The notes below the pieces were generated by a model that saw only the letters and a program-made list of their open reading frames with translations, had not been told where the DNA came from and ran no database searches. DNA of 64,000 nucleotides from Octopus sinensis (lineage: Eukaryota), in NCBI RefSeq assembly GCF_006345805.1, contig NC_042998.1, positions 70,742,001 to 70,806,000 of the forward strand, read 5' to 3'. Positions within the stretch are counted from its first letter, which is position 1, and each line of letters starts with the position of its first letter. The position numbers and the translations under genes were made by a program. Below are positions 1 through 11,849 of this stretch, piece after piece.

Positions 1-617
1 ACAAGGATATTTAATTATAGTTGTACTGTTGTCTGATCTTATTTCAATATCTTTATATATTCTCGCGTAAATCAGTGTTGAAACTTAAGGAGCGTAATTT
101 TCAACTAAAAATATATATATCGTTTTTCTACCTATTCAATAATATTTTTTCTGTTTGTATGTACAAACGCTCTGTAATCTCCTGTAACATTATATAAAGG
201 TACGTTGCAGGTACGTTTATGATGTAGATTATTTTAAGTAGTACTGTTGTTTAGAGGAAGAGTTACTGTACACTTTTGGCAGATCACCTCTGTTCTATGT
301 CAATAAAAATGTTATGATCTATGTTTACGGATGAAACAGTTATTCGTAATTGTGCATTACATTCAGTTGGATCCTCGTATACGGATATATCTACCTTTTC
401 CCGTATACATACATATTAATAATGGATTTTGCAACTTCTTGGCCAAAATTTTTGTGTTGTACATAAGCGCCCACCCTCTGTCAAATTGAAATTGCCCATA
501 TAGCTGCACGGAATAGTACATATTAGTTGACCAAGTGATCGCAGAGCAACGTGAAATAGTGTTTTGTTCAGGAACAAAAGGATCTAACCACGAAGGCATG
601 CCCTCACTCACACATGA

Positions 618-866
618 ATGCATACATACATACATACATACATACATACATACATGCATACATACATGCATACATACATATATAAATACATGCATGCTTA
701 CTTACATGTACACATACATGCACATAATGCTTACATACGTACATGCATACATACATGCATATATATGCACTACGTTCAAGCATACATAAATATACATGTG
801 TGTGTGTGTGTGTGTACGTGTGTGTATGAGTGCGTGCGTGTATGTGCGTGTTTGTGATTGTATGCA
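618..866. repeat. (TACA)n / (TG)n compound microsatellite
   Basis: Direct reading; explains the overlapping HTYI/CMYV ORFs. Confidence 0.95.
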
Positions 867-1564
867 TTGCAAAATAATTAAATACATCAGCTCCAGGTTT
901 TCAGAAGACAGTGAACAGATTTAAGAAATGTAATTAACTTTAAAACTGCCATTGACCTTCCTAATCTCAGCAAAATTCGCTAACTGCCAATTTTCTCCGA
1001 GCACCCACTGATGTATTCAATACGAGCCAACTAATGTTTGAAAGAATGGGAATTAAATATCACTGAATGAATCAAGTACTAAATCAGCACAAAACACCCC
1101 CAGAAACTACTTCACTACAACATCTATACACACATGCCATCGAGGGAGCCAATATTTTGTCATTCAACCAACCAGAATAAGCAGAAGATTTTCACTCAGT
1201 CAACATACTAACACCTTAAAAATACACGTGTTAGATAACGTAGTCTTGAAATAGTGTTAAATCAAGAACTCTTTTGATTGAATTGTACACCGCTTGAAAA
1301 AATGTTAAAAATACGCGTATAAATATATAAGTAATACATCCATTCATTGCCATATAAAATCAAATATTCTCAGACAGGTAATCAGCCCCAATACCTCACC
1401 TTCTCTTCATTTAATTACTCTTTGCTTAATCTAATTATTTAAGTCTTTAAACTCCCTGGATTTTACCGTTGCCAAACGTCATTTCTTTCTGCGAATCCTT
1501 CGACATAACATTAAAATAAAATTTCCATAGCAACAACTCTCTAAGAATATAAACTATACAAGGC

Positions 1565-1737
1565 ATGTATGTATGTATGTATGTATGTATGTATGTATGT
1601 ATGTATGTATGTATGTATGTATGTATGTATGTATGTATGTATGTATGTATGTATGCACGTGTCTATGCGTGTGTATTTGGACTCACACACAAGTTAATTT
1701 ATATAGTCACTTTTACACTTTTCCTGTCTTTTCTATC

Positions 1738-1818
<81 letters not shown>
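1565..1818. repeat. (TATG)n and (TCTA)n microsatellites
   Basis: Pure tetranucleotide arrays at 1565-1654 and 1738-1818. Confidence 0.95.
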
Positions 1819-1819
<1 letters not shown>

Positions 1820-2344
1820 TTCTTCCTCTCTCCTTTTGTCCTTCCCTGCCTATCCCCCTCTCTCTCTACATTGATACAAATGCATATATACATGTAGATT
1901 CACATATATAATAGTGCTGTAACGTAAGAATCCGATTTCTCGGTCACGTAGCAGAGGCCTTACCATGAACTCTGGCTCTTTTGAATCCCTATTCCTGCTT
2001 TTACACTCACACACACACACACGCACACACAAACACGCGCGCGCATGTGTGCATGCACACACATAAATATATAATATGCACGTACACTATACACGAATTA
2101 AATTACTCCCCACCAGTAATTCTTTGACTTGTAGACTGGTAACTCGGTTTTCAAATAATTAAATCATTAAGTATTTACTCGTGTATTTACTCAATTGAAA
2201 AGCATTTGTAATTTATTCAGAGTCAAACATTCCTCCCAACAGAAAGCTTACACAAAAAATTTCATGTGATCACGTGACCGACAAGATTGTCAGATGTTAC
2301 ATATAGTTTGTTACAATGCGTTTGTACCGTTTTAGCTTTCGAAT

Positions 2345-2513
2345 CACACTACCGCGCTAGCGAAGCGAGCAGGCCAACATTCCTCTCTAACCGAAAGGAG
2401 GGATACTGGTACAACGGGAAACGAAGTGCTTCGCCCAAGAACATAACGCGCCGCCTGGTCTGGGAATCGAACCTACAATCTTACGGTCGTGAGTGCAACA
2501 GCCTAACCACTAA
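2345..2513 (-). mobile_element. tRNA-derived SINE, partial
   Basis: Minus strand reads TTAGTGGTTAGG...GGTTCGATTCCCAGACC (A/B-box-like head); shares GCGAGCAGGCCAAC with the SINE at 8419. Confidence 0.75.
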
Positions 2514-3104
2514 AATTGTAATTTATTACAGATTTTATTACGCTGCACTTTATACTTAGATTTTATAAGTAGATAATTTCAAAACACCTACTCGTAAAGC
2601 AGCTTCCCGCCGGTATGCGATCAGAAAATAATCTCTCGGGGTTTACTCAGACTAATTATGGAATCCTTAAAAATTCAGTTACTGTTGCTTAATCCCAGTT
2701 TGATTTTGATCTAGCAAATTTATGATTAAAGGCGCTTCGGTCTTGTGTATCAAGCATCATTAAGGTTTCAGGAACCGCATTATCTAATGCGCTCAGTTTT
2801 TAGAAGACGGTAATGTTTGTTGCAAAGGAGATTTAACAACTTTTTTTAGCATAACGAGCAGTCATGTACGGCCTCACCCGTTGGTTCATACATGTATATT
2901 CACATATGGATGCGATTTGAAATTTGGCTGCTATTTCAACCAAATCTAATGACATTTCAAATGTCTGCCTCGTTGCTTCATACAAACGTATATACATACA
3001 AAAGATAACATCATGTGTTTTGCGGGGGACTTAGCTGCAATCTCTCTCATTTCTTGTAATCCTAGTTGACACTTCTATTTCAACTCTGTTGATTATATAC
3101 TTTT

Positions 3105-3464
3105 ATTCTTTTATTCTTTCTCTTGTTTCAGTTATTTGACTGCGGCCATGCTGGAGCACCACCTTATCGACCCCAGGACTTATTCTTTGTAAGCCTTCTA
3201 CCTATTCTGTATGTTTTGTCGAACCGCTAAGTTACGGGGACATAAACACACCAGCATCGGTTGTCAAGCGATAGCCAAGCGACAAACTCTCACACACACA
3301 TAAACACACACATATATACGACGGGCTTCTTTCAGTCTTCGTCTATCAAATTCACTCACAAGTCTTTGGTCGGCCCAAGGAGACATTTGCTGAAGGTGCT
3401 ACGCCGTGGAACTGAACCCGGAACCATGTGATTGGGAAGCAAGCTTCTTACCACACATCCACAC
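3105..3464 (-). mobile_element. tRNA-derived composite SINE (family A)
   Basis: Head GTGTGGTAAGAAGCTTGC...GGTTCCGGGTTCAGT, internal (CA)n, tail GCTCCAGCATGGCCGCAGTC...GAAACAAG; homologous to copies at 26025, 27620, 40231 and 62205. Confidence 0.85.
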
Positions 3465-3654
3465 CAACGCTTGGGTAAAAATCCAATGTGTTGCACAGCT
3501 ACATTTATTTACAGCTGGATATTTTTAGGATTACAGTTGTATGGTTTTGTGGGTAGAGAATGTTTCCCCGTGAACTATCCATTTGCATATTTTCTTAACA
3601 CTAGAGTGCTATAGACACTGTCCTAGCTTATGTGATTTATCTGACAACAAGTTA

Positions 3655-3877
3655 CAATAAAAGCAACCTCGCATTCAAAGTAGAAGCCATCGTGCTGTAC
3701 CGTCTGAAGCCAATTTTCTGCCCGTTCTTTGACCTCACGGTGACACCAGTTCTTGTTCTTCGGTGTGAAGAACTCTTTCACTTTAGCTTCCACCTCCTCT
3801 TGGTTGATGAAGCGTCACGAGCGCAGGAAGTGAGCCATGGATCGGAACAACATAAGGTCGTGACGTCATGACCTTAT
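3655..3877 (-). mobile_element. mariner transposase C-terminal remnant
   Basis: Minus translation DLMLFRSMAHFLRS*RFINQEEVEAKVKEFFTPKNKNW...AENWLQTVQHDGFYFE matches the post-YSPDLAPSD end of mariner transposases. Confidence 0.85.
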
Positions 3878-4229
3878 TTTGGTTAAAAGAATATTTTTCG
3901 TTACTGAACGTTATAACACCTTATTGAATGAACTATCAGAAGCCTTAAAGCAACACTACGCACTATACCTCCGAATGATAGTTGATATAATTATACGTTG
4001 CAACACTAATTTTCAATTTTTACGTGTTATAAACACCATACATACATGATATATATATTATGTATTAATGTAGGTTTTCAACCCACGCTCGTAGGTTAAC
4101 ACTGACTAAACAGTCAGTGATATCGCAGAAAACTAGCGGGCTGTGTTTGTTTACTCAGTGTTAAGCTATATCGGTTTGACGAAATTTCCATAAGGTATTC
4201 GTTGGTAGGATGTCTGATGCTGAGGAAAC

Positions 4230-4465
4230 GCAAATTACGCAGAGATCACGCGACACATCAGAGAATCTACCGGTGCTGATGAAATTTCGTACTCTTTCAT
4301 AAGGCCGCTGGGGGTATTTGTCTCCCCTTCGTAAATGTATATAAGGACACAGGAAAATGTGTCAAAGCCATCAGGAGGCGTCGATGCTTCCTAGGGCTAA
4401 ACAGCGGTGGTGTACCCCCTACTGTCACGTTCGTGTTAGATTCACAGTATACAACCATTCTATCG
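4230..4465 (+). mobile_element. diverged single copy related to the hammerhead-bearing unit at 48.8-50.2 kb
   Basis: Shared blocks in the same order: CTGATGA, CATAAG, CTCCCCTTCGTAAAT, AGGACACAGGAAAATGTGTC, GGAGG, GGGCTAAACA, GTCACGTT-GTGTT; ribozyme core is decayed. Confidence 0.6.
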
Positions 4466-4512
4466 CCCCGCCACCGTACATGTCTCTACGAGAGATTTAG
4501 AAATTTAGTATT

Positions 4513-4554
<42 letters not shown>

Positions 4555-4984
4555 CAGTAAATGAAAGGACAAGTAAGTTAGGTAAGTCGGTATACAAAAA
4601 ATATTAAATACATTGAACACAAAAAAATGTACATATGTATACATATAAAAATGTCCGAGTTACACAGAATAGAAATGGTATCAGGAATTAAAGGGGTTGA
4701 ATAAGAGATTTGTGAGTCCAACAGCTGTTTCTGGGGGCTTGGTGGTCCAAAATAATGATCGTAACTTGATTCCTTCATCGGGTAACACCAGCCTCCGTCT
4801 TCATCGAAGAATTTTACACTTGAGGTGTTGACAGAATGGTGTTTAAAGATGGAATCTTTACATTTTTTGCATCAAATTAATTTAATATTTATTGTATATC
4901 GACTTGCCTAACTTTCTCTACCTGGTCAAGTTCAAATCCTTGAGCACTACGAAGAGCATTCTATACAGAGAATATATGTCTCTA
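4555..4984. mobile_element. unclassified dispersed repeat with an internally inverted end (PLE-like?)
   Basis: 4565-4860 is homologous to 60545-60845; 4880-4984 is the reverse complement of 60470-60580; abuts microsatellites. Confidence 0.65.
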
Positions 4985-5114
<130 letters not shown>

Positions 5115-6130
5115 CGGGACGACTTTCGGGCCAGGGCCCATGGACAACTTCCAGAGATCCCTGGTCTGGCAGTGCTACCGAGAAGCGCTACCCGTTCGGG
5201 ATAAGCTCTACAGACACGGCTCGAGAAACACGGGGCCGACCTGCCCGAGATGCGGTCAGAGCGACGAAACCGTTCTGCACGCACTCGTGCAGTGTCCAAC
5301 AATTTCCGACCTGTGGGCTTATGTCGAACAACTGCTGTCACGTGTGGGACGAGTCGGTTTATCAGCTGAGTCTATCGTCAATATTGTCACGCCTCCTTCC
5401 TTCAAACGGGAAGGAAGAGCTATTTTCATCATCCTTGTGGCTATGGCGAAAGAATGTATCTGGTGGACGCGTCTGAAAGGATTGGAGCCAAACACTTTCC
5501 TCTCTGGTCAATCTCTCATCAACTTCTTCAAGTACCACTTGAAAAGGAAAGTGAGGGTAGAGAGGCAAGTTTTGTCTAGCGAATGTTTTAAAAAAAGATG
5601 GGTGAATGTAGCAAGGATGGCACGTATGAATGACGAAGCCACCTTGAGCATAATCATATGAACCCAGAAATTGAAAACAGAGGGTTACCCACTTGCAAAC
5701 AAATGTGGTAACATATAACAATATTGACCAAGGTTACCGTGGTCTTTTTCGTAGGTTTTTCTTCCCACGGATAAACCTTACTTGCTTTCCCCTTTACACC
5801 ATATATCATAACACTGTGATAAACGATCCCTATTGATCGTTCTTTTTTTCTTCTTCCCCTTTTTTTCCCCTTTTTTCTTCTTTTTTCATTTCTCTTTCCT
5901 TTTGTTCCTTTTCCCTTCCTTTTTTATTTCTTTTTATTCTTTTTATTTTATTCAATTCTTTTTTTTTTGTTTTTGTTCTTTTCTTCCCTTTTACGATCCC
6001 TCTTGATCGAAAACCTACGCCACCCCTTTTTTTTCCTTTGTTTTTTGTTCTCTTCATCCCCCAAAAGAAAAGCTCTACCTTGTAACTTGTCCCATCTGTG
6101 TGCAGCCCTGTGTGGCCAATAAAGAAACTT
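5115..6130 (+). mobile_element. 5'-truncated L1/Tx1-clade LINE 3' end
   Basis: ORF2 C-terminus, pyrimidine-rich 3' UTR, ends GCCAATAAAGAAACTT; (TATC)n on both sides. Confidence 0.85.
5116..5661 (+). CDS. LINE ORF2 C-terminal zinc-binding (zf-RVT-like) region, uninterrupted
   Basis: CPRCGQSDETVLHALVQC CCHC motif and IWWTR motif; no stops. Confidence 0.85.
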   Translation, partial: GTTFGPGPMDNFQRSLVWQCYREALPVRDKLYRHGSRNTGPTCPRCGQSDETVLHALVQCPTISDLWAYVEQLLSRVGRVGLSAESIVNIVTPPSFKREGRAIFIILVAMAKECIWWTRLKGLEPNTFLSGQSLINFFKYHLKRKVRVERQVLSSECFKKRWVNVARMARMNDEATLSIII

Positions 6131-6163
6131 ATCTATCTATCTATCTAACTATCTCTCTCTCCT

Positions 6164-6216
<53 letters not shown>

Positions 6217-6225
6217 CCTACCTAC

Positions 6226-6301
<76 letters not shown>

Positions 6302-6315
6302 ATCTATATATATAT
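6131..6315. repeat. (TCTA)n/(TC)n/(TA)n compound microsatellite, 3' flank of the Tx1 LINE
   Basis: Direct reading. Confidence 0.95.
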
Positions 6316-7133
6316 AAAGAGTGAGAGAGAAAGAGAAAGATATGCTTGTATGCATATCTCTGTTTATAAATAGGTATGCATGTAACAGTGTGTGTTTGTA
6401 TCTTGTTTAAGAAACGTAGGTAAGTGTACTCAATAGATGGCATGGAGAGTATAGGCTATAAACACTCTATTACACATAGGAAAGCACACACACGCGCGCG
6501 CAAATGCACACACATACACACATATATTAGAACAATTAGAAGAGATGCATATTTCCATCACTGCACGATGGATTAGTGCAAATGAATCGGCGTAAAATCG
6601 TGTATATTCATCCAAACACGCCATCTTTACACGCTTTCTCATTCGAAAGTTCTAAACTCAATCATTCTCAGATAAAGATGACATGTTTTCCTAAACTAAC
6701 CACAACATGGAAATTAATGCATGCTGTTTTGTTTCCCATTTCATATAACAGCTGCAGCTATTTAGCTCCACAGAGCATGCGCATTCTTACAAAATCCATA
6801 TATTGCTATCTGTTATTATTACTGTGTTTTATATTCACGTTATCGTATTTTAGTTTATTATATTTTCTCCTATAATTTTATGAACCGAAGTGAAAAAGCG
6901 TGTAATTACTTCATTATTGGTAACACTGTTGCGGGAAATATTCAAAGTGAGACGAAGTTATAGAAATACATTTAATGCTTTTTTTTTTCCTGTCCCTTTT
7001 GTATCAGCTCTTGTATTCTCTTATACCTTTGTTCGGCAGGGAAACCATGGCGAATTTACATCATGTGTGAACGAAGCGAATGAATTTTTCTAAAACCTTC
7101 CATTAATCTTTCTTTTCATTTTGCCTTCTGCAG

Positions 7134-7248
7134 ACTGAGTTGGCAAAACGTCTTTTATATGATTTAGTGATCTACTGGGAAATAAACTGTTTAGCAACGG
7201 AGTCGAACAACAGAGGAGCAATTGTTAAAAAAATAAATAACGAGCAGC
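7134..7248 (+). other. candidate exon, unverified
   Basis: Strong acceptor TTTCTTTTCATTTTGCCTTCTGCAG, open frame TELAKRLLYDLVIYWEINCL...NEQ, donor C|GTATGA; no recognisable domain. Confidence 0.3.
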
Positions 7249-7545
7249 GTATGAATATCTTTCAGTTTCCTACCTTTTTTTCCTACTTGTTTCCCCATCT
7301 CTTTCACTACACGTACATATGTACGTACGTACGTACGTACGTATGTATGTATGTATATAAAATAGGAAATTGGAATTTTTTTTTGGGGTATTTAACTGCA
7401 AATAATATTTCCATAATTCTCAATTTTGATATGCATTTCGATTAACATCCAGCAGCAACTGAAACTACACATTGGATTGTAATAATAATAGAATAAGCAG
7501 ATGTACTTCAAGAGGAAACAGCTGGGATTTACCCTAACTACCTGC

Positions 7546-7583
<38 letters not shown>

Positions 7584-7598
7584 ATATACATATATATA

Positions 7599-7745
<147 letters not shown>

Positions 7746-7751
7746 GTATAT

Positions 7752-8248
7752 ATACTTTGATACTTTGATAGGTTTCGGCCATTCTTGGCCCAGGCCATGT
7801 CTAACTTAATAGCACCACCTGGTGAAGTCTTTCAAGTCAGAATTTGGGCACTATGGCCCACTCAAGTAGAGAGTTATTGTTTACAAAGACATATCCGGGT
7901 GTAGGGGGTTTATCCGGGATTTCTTGAAGGAATCTGTCCAGAGACTTCTTGAACCCTATAGGGTCAGTTTCTGTTTTAATGTGTTTTGGTGTAATGTTAA
8001 AGAGAGCGGGGCCAATTGAGGTGAAATAATTGTGCCGTATTGTTGTTATGAGATGAGAGTGCGATTTTTGTTTTGGGCGGATGGCACGGGGCCCAAGCCT
8101 TGGATGTACCTTAAAGGTGATGCCAACATCATTTGGGCAATGCTGATGGAATATTTTCCACATCATGCAGATGATGTAGCGCCCACGACGACGTTGGAGA
8201 GAATAAAGTTTTAGCTTTTCTAGTCGACCCCAATAGTCGAGGCCTGTC
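7752..8248 (-). mobile_element. CR1-clade LINE 3' end, 5'-truncated
   Basis: YWGRLEKLKLYSLQRRRGRY...FKKSLDRFL; tail (ATCAAAGT)x2; microsatellites on both sides. Confidence 0.88.
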
Positions 8249-8253
8249 ATGCA

Positions 8254-8418
<165 letters not shown>

Positions 8419-8730
8419 CCGTGATCACCGTGACCGACCAGGCTATCAGATGTTGCTACACATTGCTGGTCACAATGCTCTTCGCATTGTTTTTTTAGCC
8501 TTCAAATGACGCCACCCCGCTGGCTAAGCGAGCAGGCCAACAGAAGAAAGAGTGAGAGAAAGTTGTGGCGAAAGAGTACAGCAGGGATCGGTACCACCCC
8601 CCTGCCGGAGCTTCGTGGAGCTTTAGGTGTTTTCGCTCAATAAACACTCACAACGCCCGGTCTGGGAATCGAAACCGCGATCCTACGACCGCGAGTCCGC
8701 TGCCCTGACCACTGGGCCATTGCCCCTCCA
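8419..8730 (-). mobile_element. tRNA-derived SINE (family B), near full length, CpG-rich
   Basis: A box TGGCCCAGTGG, B-box-like GGTTTCGATTCCC; head shared with 25260-25455. Confidence 0.85.
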
Positions 8731-8734
8731 CATG

Positions 8735-8797
<63 letters not shown>

Positions 8798-8833
8798 GTT
8801 TGTATATATATATATATATATATAATATATATA

Positions 8834-8880
<47 letters not shown>

Positions 8881-9418
8881 TACATACAAACACACCCACA
8901 CACATACATGTAACGCTGAATTAGAAATATATAAATATTTGCTACCTTTGTTTTAATACACATACACTTACAACCACACGCACACACACTCAAAACCACA
9001 CACATACACATACATATAGATATATTCAATGTTATATGTGTTTCATTACAGGTAGAAGTCACAAGGTATATACATGTAGAGGATCTTCTCCCTGTATTTC
9101 TTGAGACAATGATTCAAAGGTAATACTGTTTTGGAATCTTTGGAAAATTATGGATAGCACTGAACGGAAAAATGTTAAGCCTACTGGAAGCTTTTCTACA
9201 TCTCTTCTCATGTGTAATCTGTTTATCTACTTATCCAAGAATGACCATTCCTATGTAGGTTTCTACATTAAGTGAGAAAGAAGGAGGCAAAAACAGATAC
9301 ATATACATACATACATACATACATACATAAATACATACATACATATATACACATAGACACACACGCACAGACACACACACATAAATGTGAACGTAAACAA
9401 TATCTATCTATCTATCTA

Positions 9419-9469
<51 letters not shown>

Positions 9470-10220
9470 AATTAACACATTTAAATAATGAGGGAGATAA
9501 ATTGAATATTAATTTAATTGATATCAATTTAAAACCAGTAGCCTAGCATACAAAAATCTGAAAAATCAGAGAAAATTCTAATACATGTGTATAGGTGATC
9601 TACTTCTAGCATACGGCTGACCCCCTAGTGGTTTTTTAGCTCTTTAAATATACAGATATATATATAAACAAGGTAAAAGACATCGCTGGTCACCAACTCC
9701 TCATCAGTTATCGCCCAGCGGGTCAATCACGATTTCGCCCCTAACCGATAATGTTGAATCCCATACTGGTCGCGCCGGGAATTGACAAGTTAAAAAGCAA
9801 GAAACAAGACAAAAAAAAAATGTACAAACAGACAAGAATGCAATACAGACGGTTAACATAGGAATGTAGAATAAATATAATCGAAAACGAGCCGATTAGT
9901 GGATGTACGAGGGACTACACAGACACATGCCTCTGTTCCTATTCATAAAACGAGTCTATACAGTAATGTAATTACCGAATGCGTAAAGAAGTGTAGTTGT
10001 ATCTATTAAGAAAAGAAATCCATGAGTTTTAGTAAACTTAAAGCAGTTTCCTTTTCTATAAAATTCCTCCGAATACCAGAAATGGTACAGTATAGGTTTT
10101 TATATGAGATAGAATAGGTGGTTGGTCGTAACGTGATGAGTAATGGGTTGGGGAATTAATGAAAAAAAAAAAAATGGACGTTTGAATTTTTGATTCAAGT
10201 GTTGTGACTATATAATGAGG

Positions 10221-10636
10221 AAAGGCGGTGAGCTGGCAGAAACGTTAGCACGCTGGGCGAAATGTGTAGCGGTATTTCGTCTGCCGTTACGTTCTGAGTT
10301 CAAATTCCACCGCGGTCGACTTTGCCTTTTATCCTTTCGGGGTCAATTAAATAAGTACCAGTTACGCACTGGGGTCGATATAATCGACTTAATTCGTTTG
10401 TCTGTCCTTGTTTGTCCTCTCTGTGTTTAGCCCCTTGTGGGTAGTAAAGAAATAGGTATTTCGTCTACCGTTACGTTCTGAGGTAAAATTCCGCCGAGTT
10501 GACTTTGCATTTCATCCTTTCGGCGTCGATAAATTAAGTACCAGTTATGCACTGGAGTCGATATAATCGGACTTAATCCCTTTGTCTCTTCTTGTTTGTC
10601 CCCTCTATGTTTAACTCCTTGTGGGCAATAAAGAAA
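10221..10636 (+). mobile_element. tRNA-derived SINE (family C), head-to-tail dimer with a 5'-truncated second unit
   Basis: B box GAGTTCAAATTCC; central GCCTTTCATCCTTTCGGGGTCGATAAATTAAGTACCAG block (resembles the Meta/MESC SINE domain as I recall it); both units end ..AATAAAGAAAT-like. Confidence 0.85.
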
Positions 10637-11254
10637 TATATAAAATAAAAAAAAGGCAGTCTTTTCTGGGGCTAAATTGAACTGTTTATGTAATGAGAGG
10701 ACAGATAGTAAGTTGTAAGGGAGAGAAGATAGGTTTTAGTGGTGGTGGCACTAATAGTTGCAGCAGCACCATCACCACCGCCGCTACTACTACTACTACA
10801 ATCAGCTCTCTAGATAAACGAGTGTGTATTATTATACCGAGAAAATATAATTTTCTGTAGATAATAAGCCAATAAATTTGAAGATATGTATCTTGTGAAA
10901 ACTTCATTCATGAAGGACTTTTAATAATTGAAATGAAAATTAATTAACAAATAATTTACTGAGAAAATAAACAAATTATCATAATAGAATTAAACTATGG
11001 TTAATTTCCTCACGTTAATGATTGATAAAAGCAAATAATTAAACGAGGAACATGTTGCAATTCGTATTTACATTTTTAAGGTTTTTAGAAATTAATGGTT
11101 TATCACGTAATATTTAACTGAGGAAAGTACCATCATCTAAATTTGTATTATAAAACTTTTCCCGTTTAAAGCTAGGCGATACAAAACCATAGACGTTTAA
11201 ATCCCAATTACAGGTTTGACTCTACGTTTTTCTTGCATGATAATTAATCCTTTC

Positions 11255-11385
11255 TACTATAGGTACAAGGCCTTAAATTCGTTGGAGAGGGTTAGCCGAT
11301 TAAACCGATCCCAGTGTTCAGTTAAAACTTATTTATGAACTCTGATAAGGTGAAAGGTAAAGTCAACCCCGGTGAAACTTGAAAT
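11255..11385 (-). mobile_element. family C SINE 3' fragment with the alternative tail
   Basis: Degenerate central block plus tail AAGGCCTTGTACCTATAGTAG. Confidence 0.6.
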
Positions 11386-11554
11386 TAGTGTTCTGCTAGC
11401 TGGTCGCTTTATTCTGCATAACAATCAATAACATTAATACAATTACGAATTTTTCATGGATTTATTTGTTTCATAATTAAAAACTCCAGAATACGTTTTC
11501 TTTTTTGCCATGCGAAGAATGCCATTCTTAATTCATTTGTCTAATAATTCTTTT

Positions 11555-11848
11555 GTTTGAGTTGATCACAAAATCCGTACGGTTTTTAAAGCGAAAATAA
11601 GACATAGGTTATAAACGCAAATCAATTTATTCAATGAATGATATAATTACCATATCGTTCCAGTAATTTTTCCATCTTTCAGGCAAAAACATTATTTCCT
11701 TCTCAAAGAATTTCCTTTCCTTAATGGCGAAAAACTCTTCCAGCTGAATTTTAAAATCCCTTTCAAAATTGAAGATTTGTCCATTCAATGAATTTTGAAG
11801 AGACCGAAACAGGTGGAAATCTGAAGGCGGATATAGAGAGTGCGGCAA
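11555..11848 (-). mobile_element. mariner transposase C-terminus plus probable terminal inverted repeat
   Basis: PPSDFHLFRSLQNSLNG...FLPERWK; TTGAGTTGATCACAAAATCCGTACGGTTTT near 11557-11586 is mariner-TIR-like. Confidence 0.85.
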
Positions 11849-11849
11849 A

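Noticed and set aside
363-695. 110-aa minus-strand ORF
   Set aside because: Starts in a microsatellite and overlaps a SINE-like fragment (GAGCAACGTGAAAT); no domain recognised
5830-6057. Lys/Arg-rich 75-aa ORF
   Set aside because: Antisense reading of the T-rich LINE 3' UTR
8640-8730. tRNA-like sequences in SINE heads (also 2460-2513, 10225-10310, 62520-62602)
   Set aside because: They have A/B boxes but no complete cloverleaf and continue into SINE bodies; not tRNA genes
9670-9725. CTGATGAGGAG hammerhead half-core on the minus strand
   Set aside because: No downstream GAAA or stem II partner; at best a deleted relic
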